Assembly (NCBI RefSeq): GCF_030144855.1 | Contig: NC_082731.1 | Span: 23,312,001-23,376,000, forward strand | DNA length: 64,000 nt | From: Hypanus sabinus | Taxonomy: Eukaryota | Direction of reading: 5' to 3' | In this document: positions 50,193-62,575 of the stretch, piece after piece | Numbering within the stretch: the first letter of the stretch is position 1 | Layout: every line of letters starts with the position of its first letter | Notes under the pieces: model-generated | Told to the model about the DNA's origin: nothing | The model's input: only the letters and a program-made list of their open reading frames with translations | Database searches by the model: none | Program-made: the position numbers and the translations under genes

Positions 50193-53100
50193 CTATCCTC
50201 TGACAATTAAAATGAATGATGTTTTCAACGGACGAGAAGGCTCTAAGAAGATCATACAGCGTTTTCAGGTAGTCGTTTTCTCAATACGTAATGTAATTAA
50301 GAAATGGCAGTTGACTCAACGGTGGAGTTCAAGTTCAGGTTTGGAAGACAAAGAAAACTTTATGAGAGAACTCCCCGTAGGATTGCTAGAAAGGCAAATT
50401 AAAACCCGCGATTCACTGGAAAAGTCCTTCAGGAAGATTTAACCGGCTCTGAAGTGGTGATAAAGTGCTCTACTGTACAGCGACTGTAAAAAAAGCTGAA
50501 GTTACAAACAAGTTTGCATCTACAACAGGATAATGATACTAAACACAACGCAAAATACAAAATAGAGTTCCTCAAGTGGTTCAAGCTGAATGTTTTGTCA
50601 AGGCCCTCAAAGTCTCCGGAAAACAATATCATCGAAAATTTGTGGATAGACCTCAAAAGAGCAGTGCATGCAAGACGGCCCAAGAATCTCACAGAACTAG
50701 AAGAATGGGCGGGAATAGCCCAAAAAAGAATTGAAAAATTCTTGGCTGGCTACAGTAAGCGTTTAGAAGCCGTCATACATGCCAAAGAGGGTGTCGCAAA
50801 ATACTGATCATGCAGGGTTCCCAACGTTTGCATATCACTGTACATGTATATAACTCCTCCGGAACTCTGTTCTAAAGGTTCACGTCTGTGCTTTGAGGCT
50901 CTGTGCACCCACCACAGAAAACATGCGCTCCGTATCTAACGCATTCCGTCCCTGCAACATTCGATGACTCCCGTGTATTTTTTTTTAATACGTTGAGTAT
51001 AGGTCCAAAGCTGCAAAACTATGCCTTTATGTTCAGTACTCTTGCCCCGATTAATGCTTGTGAACATCATTTGGTCTCTATCCAGAGAGAATACATCATT
51101 TCCAAGAGATTGCGTCCAAAAGAGTTGACAACATTCTGACAGCGACCTGGCCTGTGTCTTATAAAGACTCAGAGTTACCTCCTTCTTTCACCAAAATGCG
51201 TTGTAGAAAGCTTAGATAACAACCTCAGATGTCAGGATCTTCAGGCTCACAATGATGTCCCGACCATGTGCACTGCTCTAGAAGCTACCGGGAATTTCCA
51301 TTCCTGTAATGACGTGATCTGAAATGCTCACAGTACCCCAACTAAGGACTTATATAGCTGTGCTATTACTTCACATCCTTTCAGCTAATTCCCACGGTGG
51401 TTAAAAGCCAATACACAATATGACAGCTTAACAACAAATACAATCTTCGCAGCAGCTTTAAGATTCCTATTTACTTGGGCCCCAATATCTCGCTGATCAA
51501 CAACACAGCCAGGAAACATACCATTAATATTATATTCTGTCTTCATATTTGGCAACCAGAAGATATTTGGCGCATGTACGTCACACTTATCACAACATTA
51601 TATTTTATCTATCAATATTTTGCCCTTTATTCCAATTTATCTAAATCATGCTGCAGTCGCATTGCTTCCTCTGTACTGCCAACACTTCCACCTATCTTCG
51701 GATGAATAGGGATATTTAATATAAAAGGAATGCATACAATACACATCTTGAAATTCTTTTTGTTCAGACATATCCACGAAAATAACACAAACCCTAATAA
51801 GATGATCCAGCTCTCCTCCCTCCGCGTGAAAGCATCAGCGCAGCAAAGAGCCCCTCCACACAAACAAAAAAAAAACAACGTCAATCTTCACCGAGCTGTC
51901 AAGCGTGCTGCATTGGATGAATAAAGACACAGATTCGTTCACCCGTTATTCCACATAACACAGACTCTCTCTCTCTCTCTCCCAAAGGGAAAAAAAAAGC
52001 TGCCTCGTTTCACTACGAGAGGAGAGAAATAGCAAAAACAAATCGCTAATTTTGTGATATTGAGATCTGTTGCGTCTCCTCTTCTGAATTCTGTGCAGAA
52101 GAACTCGAATATCTAGAAACACCGCCTGCAGCCAGCTCGCTGCTTTAGATATTCCGTCTTCCGCGACACAGCAGTTTTCCAGGACGACATCGACGTCAGT
52201 CCGTCCGCCTCCAGAACCACATAATGCTGGAATTCTGAAGTAGCGCTAGACTTTTAGTCCGTGTTTTTTGAATAGTGGCCAGTTGTGAAACATCTTGAGC
52301 AAATCCTATTTCCGCACAGAACCGAAGCCAGGGTGTAACGCCAGATCAGTATCTTGAAAAGAACCCTGAAATAGAAAAAGATAAAGATATTAACGATGGT
52401 AATGGAGCCAGCATTGCCACAATGATTGGTGTACCATTATCTGCATCATTGACAAACAATACTAACCACTGAGTGAAACCACTAGTCACCGGGGGCCACC
52501 AGAAGGTCCCTTTCATTCCCACTCACTGCTAGCTGCCTGTCAGTCTTTCCGCCAACTAAGCAATTATTTTCATTTTAATGTAATAGGATGAGAACTTGTT
52601 AATCGATCACGGTGAACTTCAATAGGACAAACTTGTTCCTCTGAGATCTTTTTCTTCCAACAATACATATCAGTAGAACTCCCACTTTAACCATATATAA
52701 AATGTTGATGGCATTACCCTCTTCTTTTTAACCAGGGGCTCAATATAACTGGATCACCATGGTTTCCAAAGCTGCTAGTTGCTTCGACTATTCTGTCAAC
52801 AACATCCAGACTACTTACTCTGAAAATCTGACTTGTCAAAACCGTCCTGCGCCTCAAGCTAAATCACAGTTAACTGTTGAGTAAATAACCTGAGACATCT
52901 TCTGTTTAAAACATGCACCTCATCCTCAATTCAATGGTACGCAATTAGCAATTCATTTGCATTGTCTGTCGAAATTTTCCTCTAAATTCCGAACACACGT
53001 TATTATGATAATTTCGTATTTCAAGATGTGTTTTAGTTTAGAGAGATTTTGCCAGGCAGAATTGATAAGTTAGAGGACCATAATTTTAGACGGTGACATT

Positions 53101-53677
53101 AACATACAACTATAATATGCACAATGTATTATGTTGATTTAGCCTTGTGGAAAAATTATCAAAAAGCTCAAATTCGCAAATAGTTAATTGCATGAAGGAA
53201 CATCACATTTCCTGCGATCTCTCCTCAGCACCTCAAAGAATATCTCCAAGTTTCTTTTTTTTATTGAATTGCTGATGCAGTCGATTAATTGCTAACACGC
53301 ACAGCTGAAATTCACTTCTGATTCCCAGTCCGGCATGTGAGTCCGCCGCCTCTTTCCATAGACAGCTCGGATTTAAAGTGCTCCGTGTAAACGTGGTGGC
53401 ACTGGCATGCTTCCGCATTCCAACCATACTCGGCTGCGAAAGTCTGAATGGCATCGATGCAATCCACCACTTAGCAAAACCATTGACGCAAGAGAAGTAA
53501 CCGATTCACTAACTTCTGCCACTTCCTAAATGGAAGGAAACGTGTTTCTTTACACTGGCCAATATCGCAAATCAAATGTAGCTCTCTAGCTAGCCTCAGG
53601 CTCGCTCAGCTCGCTTCCGTCTTGGGGGAGCAGCCGTCGGCCGCGGAAAACTGGATAATCAGCATTTGTGAATGTTG

Positions 53678-54302
53678 TGTAATGTTACCACCCCGCCAAT
53701 TAACAGACAGTACACCGTATGCGATCAAATGAATACACTTTATAGACACTACCAGAACTGAGTGATTAATAACGATACAGTATAGATGAAGGAAAAGAAA
53801 ATAAAGAGAAGGCGCCAAAATTTATCAATGTCCAAACCACTGCGTGCACAACCGTTGGAGCTCAATAAACAAATTCTGTTGACCACCATTCGATCCCCTC
53901 AGTCCTCCTTGACTCCTGGCTGAGGACCACCCGGAGTGATGAACCGAGCACCCCCGGCACGTCTCTCTTCGTCTCCACTCCTCGCCGAACCTCCTGGCCT
54001 CGGAACCCCGTTCGGCGTCCGTTCCGTCACCCAGCTAACAGCATCGTGTCCTCTCTCTTTCAGCCCTTCCCGCCGACTCCCCAAAGTCCAGCCAGCACTA
54101 GCTTACAGACCCAGAAGAGAGAATAGCATTAATCCCAGTTGGTAAATAAATGTATACAATCCCCTGTTATCAGTAAATTTCAACCCAAACAAGCCAGCAC
54201 TCTCTCATAAAAAAGAAGCATTCCGACTTTAAAGCAAACAAAGTAGCCATTTTGATTAACATACGCAGAAACAAAGAAAAAAAAAGAAGAAACCCCCTTA
54301 CA
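53678..54302. repeat. LTR-like sequence, possibly the 3' LTR of Gypsy element C
   Basis: Inverted termini tgtaa...ttaca and loose similarity to 62274-62575. Confidence 0.55.
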
Positions 54303-54479
54303 CCAATAAGAAACCCTTGCAGCAATAAGAACCCCCCCCCCCTTTACACCATTATAAATGCTGGGTTTATTGTCTCACGTAGCTTCGATCGACGATGGAG
54401 CTCTCCATTTTAGAGAGAGAGAGATCATGCTGAGTTTAGACTATCTTGTTATATGCCTGCAGGTATTCCATAAACACAT

Positions 54480-54980
54480 CTTTGACAATCGACTACAACA
54501 AATTCCGAACCAACGATGTCAAACTAACAGGTCTATAATTTCCTTTTTGCTTCCATGTTAACTTTTCAACCAGACGAGTGGCATTTGCAGTCTTCTGATC
54601 ACCCGGAACCATGCCAGGATCTATTGACTTTTGAAAGATGATTGATAACGCCTCCGCAATCTCCACAGCTATTTTCTTCACAACACAAGGGAGCATTCCA
54701 TCTGGTCCGGGAGTTTTATCTACTCTTAGACTATACAACTTTCTGAGTACTTTCTCTGTCGTACCGGTGACGACGCACAGTTCTCTTCCCTAACACCCCT
54801 AAGTGTCCGGTATACTGTTGATGTCTTCCTCAGTGAAGACTGATAAAAAAAATACTCGTCAGTTCCTCCGCCATCTCCTTATCTCTCATTACAATTTCTC
54901 CTGCATTATTTTCTATCGGTCATATATCTAGTCTCACCTGTCTTTTACACTGTATATACTTGAAAAACATTTTAGTATTC
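54480..54980 (-). mobile_element. CR1 LINE RT fragment
   Basis: ORF 54493-54738: DKTPGPDGMLP...GNYRPVSLTSLV. Confidence 0.85.
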
Positions 54981-56169
54981 TATTGTTTTCTAGCCTAATA
55001 TGCGTTCGATATTATTTGCTAGCTTATGATTTTGAGATAATTCGCCAACCCTTCTTGCAAAACGCAAACCCCAATCTAAGTGAAAAAGGCAATGATATAG
55101 CTCCAGCAAACAGTAGAGGTTACACCCTGTACCAGCGGAGCAACATAGGTCAACCTATCCGAAGGTTTCCTAATTCTCTGAGAGCTCCCTACCTCATAAC
55201 CTAACTCTTCAAGCTCAGACGCTACTGGGGATACATCGGGTCTACTTGGTGAATCATCCCTTGATCTATCACTCATTTCTCCCTGCACCTCGGAATCCTT
55301 TTTTACGTGTCCAGGCTCCACTTCCTCTCCTTCAGTGTCCTGCTATAATCCAGGCAGCGCAAAGATATAACTCCCCCTTCACCTGATTCATTGGGGAAAG
55401 GGCGTGGATTCTCTTCCTCAATCAATAGGGCTTTATCGAAAGGCGGCATGTACCAGGTATCTTGTTCATAAACCTGCGAATCAGTGTCCCTCTCATCGGC
55501 GGGACAAACCTCTTCTGCGGTGGGTCCTGCCTTTTCGGAGAGTTACCTTACTAGTTGCAGGCTCCAAATCGGGCTCTCGGTCTAACTGAACCTTTCGTGA
55601 AACTGGTGATTCCGATGGCAAACATTGACATGTCCAGTCCCCTCCTCTGGTTTCACCCTGAGAACTGGTAGTCCTTTGACTCCCCACAACATAGGGTGTG
55701 GCCACCCAGCGGTCAGCCGACCTGTACTTTCCAGGTAGCACCTAATTCCTTATGAGGACTCGTTCTCCCGGCAGGAGTTGGGTTAAACTCACATTTTCAT
55801 AATGCCTGCCTGGCCCTGCCTTGGCTTGCGCCGTTAACTCCTGGTGAATTCGTCGGGGCGCCGTCCGGATAAGCTTGGCACCAGTCTGTTCCATCTATGA
55901 CGGCTGTGTGCCAGAGCCTGGGTTACAACAAATGTAGTCCTTATCAATTTTTTAAATAGTGTCTGTCCATCTTTCACTCTGTATGACTCTCCTTATTTTC
56001 CCCACCTCAGTTCCTTGTAGAACGGCCATTGCAGAGACTTGGATCTTGGTACACGGCCGTACCATGGCAACTTTCTTTTCTTCAATGTTGTGATCTCACC
56101 TCCTCTTAGTTCCTCAGTTCTGCTTGCCGGCGTGACCTCAACCAATTCATAAACCCTTTTCGGCTCTCT

Positions 56170-56700
56170 CTTAGTAGATAGAAACATAGAAAACATACGG
56201 CACAATACAAAATTTCGGCCCACAAATTTGCGCTGAACACGTCCCTACGTTAGTAATTACTAGGCTTACCTGTAGTTCTCTATCTTATTAAGCTCCATGT
56301 AACTATCTAAAAGTTTCTTAAAAGACCTTGTCGTATCTGTCTTCACCACCGTTGCCTGCAGCCCATTCCATGCGCTCATCACTCTCTGAGTAAAGACCTT
56401 ACCCCTGAAATCTCCTTTGTACCTCCTCCCCAGCACATTAGAACTGTGTCCTCTTGTGGTAACTGTTCCAGCCTTGGAAAAAAAGACTCTGAATATCCAC
56501 GCCATCAATGCCCTGCATCATCTTATGCAACTCTATCAGGTCACCTGTCATCCTCCTTCACTCCATGGAGAAAATGGCAAGTTTAATCAATCTATTCTCA
56601 TAAGGCATGCTCCCCAATCCAGGCAACAACTTTTTGAAATCTCCTTTGCTCCCTTTCTATGGCTTCCACATTCTTCCTCTTGTGAGGAGACCAGCAATGT
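56170..56700 (-). mobile_element. CR1 LINE 3' end inserted in element C
   Basis: ORF 56266-56508 (TRGHS...VFTQRVMSAWN) and atagaaac tail repeats near 56177-56195. Confidence 0.8.
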
Positions 56701-57329
56701 GCACAGTACACCTGATCCTCGTTATATGCAGGGGATACGTTCCTTGAAGTCGATGCATAATGTGAAACGCATAGCCTGAATAATTATTTAAATGAAGAAA
56801 ATAAGGATTCGTTCCAGAGGCCTTCCTAAATAAGATTTATCTGTAATTTATTAAAATTTTCATACCAATCCGACACAAAGGCAGGACTACAAGGCACATT
56901 CGTATTATATTTCATCAATTTAATATAATATTCAACGTAATAAATGATAGAAAGTGAACATACTAAGGTGTACAGTACTCACCAACAGTGGCATATGTGT
57001 TCGCTCCGTGAAATTAATGTGTGTTGTAGTGTCAGGTTTATATGAAGCACAGCAAGGGGTGAAGGAAGACTCACAGAACACTTAGAGCTCCCAGCAGCAG
57101 GAGATGACACTGGTTTGAATAAAGTGGCGAGGGTTGATTGCTTGGCAGTATATTGGTTATCAGCATAAATTTGTTGTAGGAAAGAAGGGTTGACTTGATG
57201 GGGTCTGACTAGGGTCCTATATAGCTACAACGTTACCTCTCGGCTCATAAATTCAATTCCATGATTGTTGACTAGCAATGCACTACAGCTTCGTAACCAC
57301 AGAGTCAACGTGCGCCGCTGCATTGAGCG

Positions 57330-58190
57330 TACTATGGACTCAGACTGCAGGATTCATTTGATCCTTCACACTGCCAAGAGTACAGCATATTTGACCTGTC
57401 AATATAAGAGTCTTCAAACTGTTCTGGGTTGAACTCCATCTGCCACTTCTCAGCCCGGTTCTTCATCCTATCCTGTCCATAATCCATCCCGTATTCACCC
57501 CACTGTTGACCGACCCCCATCCAGAATAGGACCCATTTACCACCACACTTTGCCTTCTCTATGCAAGCCATTTCTGAATCCACAAAGCAAAGTCCCAATG
57601 GATCCCATGACTCTTTACTTTTCAATAAGCCTTGAATGGTGTACCTTATCAACTGACTTGCTGAAATCCACATACAGTATATCCACTGTTTTCCTTCATC
57701 TATGTGTTTGGTTACATCCTCATAAAATAATTCAGGCTCTTAAGGCACAACGTCCCCTTAACAAAGCCATGCTGACTATACCTAATCATATTATACCTCT
57801 CCAAATGTTCATAAATCCAGCCTCTCAGATTCTTTGAGCCAAAGCCCTCTCAATCTGCTGTTCACTGGATACGGCAGTTTTCTTTTTAAACCTTCAGTGC
57901 ACTGTCGGCTGACGTCACATGCCTGCGCATTCTCGGCTTTTTTACCCCTAATAGTAAAAAAAAGAACTTCCATTCGCTCCAAAAGATCAGCTGTTAAATC
58001 GCAGCCTTCTTGCACCGAATCAAAAACCGTTGAGATTCCTTGCCTTTTTAAACATTTCAGCGCAACTGTCTGACGTCTCATGCCCGCGCAGTCTCGCCAC
58101 TGTTACCCCGAATAGTAAAACAATCCCAGGCTCCGGAAAATCAGCCGTTCCCTCGCAGCATTCTTGCTCTTCATATCAGACACGTAAACT
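57330..58190 (-). mobile_element. Internally deleted CR1: 5' UTR with two ~161-bp monomers joined to an RT fragment
   Basis: 57836-58180 is homologous to the CR1 5' UTR at 13569-13815 (gagccaaag, ctcaatctgc, cccgcgcagtct). 57330-57830 is RT sequence (KWQMEFNP). Confidence 0.65.
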
Positions 58191-61100
58191 GTACTTCAGA
58201 TAAAGATGCGGTGGTAGGTCACCCTCGTCAGTTCCACAACAAAGGTCAAAGATCAACCTCGCCTTGCGTCCAGATATCAGATCGTATGGCGAACACCCAG
58301 TAGATTTATTTCTTGTACAGTAGTAACAGTGAACCAGATGCCTAATTTGTTAATTACACCTGTTCTTCATGCTGATCTCCATGGTCCCGAGCATGTCTGG
58401 CATGATCCGATTAAACCTCTCAGGCTGGGGGTAGCCCTGCGGATGATAGGGCATGGTCCTCGACTTCTGAACTCCAATCACGCCCAGCAACTCATAGATG
58501 AGCCTGCTCTCGAACTCCCGTCCCTGGTCACAGTGTCTCCGCCTGGGAAGGCAATAATAAGCAAAATACTTCTCCCGTAACACTTTAGTCACTGTCGTCG
58601 CCCTTTGGACATTGGTCGGAAAAGTCGGGGCATATCTGGCGTAGTGATCCGTGATGACTAAGACATACGTTGCAGCCTTCGGATTCTATTGACTGGAAAT
58701 CCATACACACCAGGTCCTGGGGCCCTGCAATCTAAAAGTGGGACAAAGCAGCTGCCCGCATAGGCAGTATCTCCCGCCGTATGCAGAGAATGCAAAACTT
58801 GCAGTATTCTTAAATCTCCGACCAGTCGGGGCCAGTAAAACCGGTCTCTGAACAATCTTTTCCATGCCCAAATGTCCAGAATCATCATGAAGTGACTGTA
58901 ATACAATGCTCCGGTACTTCTCGGGCAGAACCAGCTGGCAACGCAGAAGTCGACCCGGGGGTGACGTGAACCGGTATAAGATGTGGGTCCTCAACTCCAG
59001 CCGAGAGATTGTTTCAATAAAAGTGTTTCGTTTTCAACGCATGAGCCATATCTCCCTTTTTAAACGCGACCCAAATAGAGAGAATGCCCGTTTCATGGCG
59101 CAAAGCAGCTGTTTCTTCCACAGAGCATACTTCTGTCAGCTGATTTGTCAGGTAACAGTAAGCTTGTGGTATGGCGTCATCAGAAGTCCCCAATTGATCT
59201 ATTGTTCGATCCTGCCTCTCCTTTTCCTCTGCCTTCACGGTAATGGCAAATTGATACGTGGCCTTCACTCCAGGGGCCGGAACGCTCTCTCACTTTAAGT
59301 ATCCGCATCAATGTTCCAGCTCCCCGGCCGGTGCTTCAGGCTGAAATAATAGACAGACAACGTTGCCAACCACCGATGGCCTGTGGCACCCAGTTTTACC
59401 GAGGTAGGGATTTAAGTTAGAAGGTTTTTGTCCATCCGCATCTTAAACTTGGCTCCGCAAAGTTAGACACCCAGTTTATCCATCACCGCACATTCCAACG
59501 CCAGGAATTCCAAATGTGCGTGGGACAGTTTCTGTCGGAGGCCGACAAACACAGGCTGACAAGCGCCTCAGGCCTCAACCGGTGCGCTGATCGTAGTATA
59601 GGGCGCCCCCTGAAACCTTTCAGCTGGCATCAATGTGCAGTACATACTGCAATCGGGGTCCTGAAAAGCGGATACCGGCGCCTGGGTAAGCAAGTCTTTC
59701 AGCGACGGAAAACCCTCCTCACATTTTAGATCCGCCTTATGTCCAAAGGGCTCCGACGGGTTTAGATATTCTCAACCCTCTTGTCCTTTTTTCACTCTCC
59801 CTTTCTCCCCAATAGAGGGTTACCACAGAGAAGCAGCTATAAGGGTCGACACACTGTGCCGTAACCCTTCACGAATCTCCGATAATAACCACCGAGCCTA
59901 ACGAACGAGCTCTCGCAGTCTGGTGCCCTGGCGTTTGGTCACCGCCTCTATCTTAGCCGTGTCGGTATTCATTCCATTCCAGGATATGGCCTGTCCGACA
60001 TAGCTAACAGACGTTTGGCAGAACTGGCACATGTCCAGAGAAAGTTCTAACCTTTCAGTTTTCAGGCGGCCGCGACCCCTTAGCAGTCTAGCTTCATGTT
60101 CTGCCAAGGTGTATCCAAATACTATGAGGTTATCCAAATACACCAACACCTCATCCAAGTTCATATACACCATCGACTTCCTCCTGACCCGCTGGAAGTT
60201 TCCCGCGGCTCCCGGGACATCATTTCGAACTGGAAGTAACACATGAGACACATAAATGCCGTTTTCCTTTTGGCGGCCTCACTCATCGGGACCTGGTAAC
60301 ACCCTCTCCTCAAGTCCAGCACATGAAACAACTTCAGTCTAGCCAGAGGGTCCAGTGCGGCTTCGACCCTCAGGACTGTATAATGGTCAGGGACGGTGCA
60401 TCTATTCAGGGTGCCCTTGTTCTCACAGAACTAATGAATCAGGAGCCTCAGATACTCCCGCATCGGCCTCTGAAAATTCCAGTTTCTCTAAAAATAACCG
60501 TCTTATGGATAATCAAGAGCAAGGATACCAGAAATCTCAAGTGCACTGATTGTTGTCAAGGGTAAATGCTTCAGATATCGGTTACAAGACGAAAGGTGCA
60601 GTAACGTGTTCCGCGAGCTGGTGTCGAGTATGGATTTAGCGACTATTCCCTCTATCCGTAGATACACACTGGGGCGTGTTCCCACTGAGCCTTTAGGAAT
60701 AGGGTATGTTGCTTACGGCGTTTCCTTGCTACATTGCGGGGAACGTGTTCCCTCACTGTGACTCTTCTAATTTTCCAGAAACCTCTCCTTACTTAGAAAC
60801 ACTTTGGTGCACTCTTCGAGGGGATTCCTTCCACTCAGATTTCCGCCGGAATTGTCCCTTTCCCCACAGTTATAGCAGACCTACCGGCCGCCTCACTTCT
60901 TGCGGAACCCCGTCACACGCAGGCCACTGCGTGGTCAGCCCTCTTCCTGGTGGGGGTCGTCTCTCTACCAATCTGTTCATACGGAGGGTTCACACCCGCT
61001 GTTGAAACCCGGGACATCTCAGTTCTCTGCTCCGCCACCATCTCTCTTACCATTTCTCAGGCTTGACTGATCCCTGTCACTTCTCCGTACCTTGCTTACG

Positions 61101-62273
61101 GAGGTCACTCGCGGCCCCATCGCCTTCTCCTTCTCCCGCACCTCTCTGATCATCTAAACAAATGAGGAAGTTTGGCTCGTTTTACAGGACTGTCGTGGGC
61201 CCCACGCAATCATGTACTGGGGCTGAGCGGCCTTGGCTATCTGGCCCAACCTTACCTTATCCAACTCCGCCATCTGAATGAACCTCGGCGCCCCAAACAA
61301 GGTAGCTATCTCTCTGACCGAATAGAACCCACCCCCCAGATCTCTATTTGGCTCCGTATCATACTAAAAGCGCTCTCTATTGTGTCTAGATACTCAGCAA
61401 GGTGAACAGATGGTTGGTTAATGGTCATGCATCTTACAGTATCAGCCGCCAACTTCTTCAAACTTTCAATCAATCTCTGACTCTTTTCGTCATTAGATCA
61501 CTGCCACTCTTCTGATAACTGAGAGGTCTGCTTCACCCCATATCTTCCCAATCGGGGGTTGGCGTTATTCCAGAAAAAAAAATGAGCTTCAGGCGTGGAC
61601 CAGCTGCCTGTGCACTGGCCAAATATTTGTCAGAGAGGCAAGGGCTGATGCCAACTTAGAACCCTCTCAATTCACTGGGTGACGGGGTTTAATTAAACAT
61701 TACAAATCCGATCACTCTTTCATCTCATTCCTCACAAACGACAGAACACTGTCTTTGGAACCTCCCAACCCAACTACGGCCAACTCAGCTTGTGACACAG
61801 CCGGCTAGTTCCCTTTCTCCTGCTCCCTTACAATATAGACAAGCTAAGATCACGAATCACCTGGGGCACTGATAGACTCTGGCAGTCCCACCGCCGTTCC
61901 GTCAGCGCTCGCCTGAACTAATGCAAGGTCTGAGCCCACCATTTTATCAAACTTTCAACCTACGATTTAAACTTTGCTAACACCTTTAACCATACTCGCA
62001 AATCGATTAAAAAATCCATCCGCAGTACGAATATCCACCCCACTCAACAGGAACGCATTAATCACAGACAATCCCACAGAGGCACTCCATTGCTGTACTC
62101 CAGCAGAATCCATACCAGCACAGATTTAAACAGGGCAATCACACAGAATACTAGGTAATCCATCCAGGACGTAGCCCCAACAGATTTAAACTTCAGGTTC
62201 GCCAAGCTTGCGTTCGTCTAGAGAACCGCCTTTGGCCGCGCCAGGCTGGGTAATCAATTTTGTATGGATGCTG

Positions 62274-62575
62274 TGTAATGTATCCCAGTAACAAACCCAC
62301 AAAGCGAAATATGAGACAATATACTATACACAATTATATGATAGCACTTTATGAATCCTAATCTAAATATAGGATAAGTAACGACAATAAGCATTAAAAT
62401 TGTCCAAATTCAAGTCAAAATCAAACTGGAGCTCACGCAATCATTCTTCGACCATCGCTGTCCTCCGAACGTCGCCGTTCTTCGGACCCTCACATCCCTG
62501 TCCACTCCGTCCATTGGTCTACCAGCACTCTCCAGACGCGTCTTTCCTCTTCGCCTCTCCTCGAAAAAAGCCGAC
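62274..62575. repeat. Partial LTR-like sequence truncated by L1
   Basis: Starts tgtaatg like 53678 and shares blocks such as tgtccaaa and ggagctc with 53820-53980. Confidence 0.45.

Larger units (their letters stand above)
43868..50842 (+). mobile_element. Tc1/mariner DNA transposon, internally deleted, interrupted by Gypsy element B
   Basis: Left TIR-like tgcatagaaaagtttgggaatccc (~43871-43894) and right TIR gggttcccaacgtttgcatatcactg + TA (ends 50842). Transposase start GSSKQLP at ~44064-44086 resumes at 50193. Catalytic block QQDNDTKH...SPENNIIENLW at 50514-50807. Confidence 0.85.
54990..62200 (-). mobile_element. Gypsy LTR retrotransposon internal region (element C), canonical PR-RT-RH-IN order, decayed and interrupted
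   Basis: Protease ILDTSS (60685-60503), RT VLVYLDNLIVF (60251-59898), RNase H region near 59.3-59.7 kb, integrase LHDDSGHLG and CDQGREFES...YHPQG.PQPERFN (59.0-58.3 kb), and C-terminal tail at 55.9-55.05 kb. Interrupted by insertions at ~55950-58190. Confidence 0.85.

Noticed and set aside
62160-62181. tRNA-Pro-like PBS for element C (minus TTGGGGCTACGTCCTGGATG)
   Set aside because: It is about 90 nt from the nearest LTR-like start (62274), so the assignment is unsupported.
8558-62200. All three LTR elements and most long CR1 copies are co-oriented with the V gene
   Set aside because: The number of independent insertions is small, and several elements (HERO, Tc1, L1, some CR1 and Rex copies) are on the other strand.
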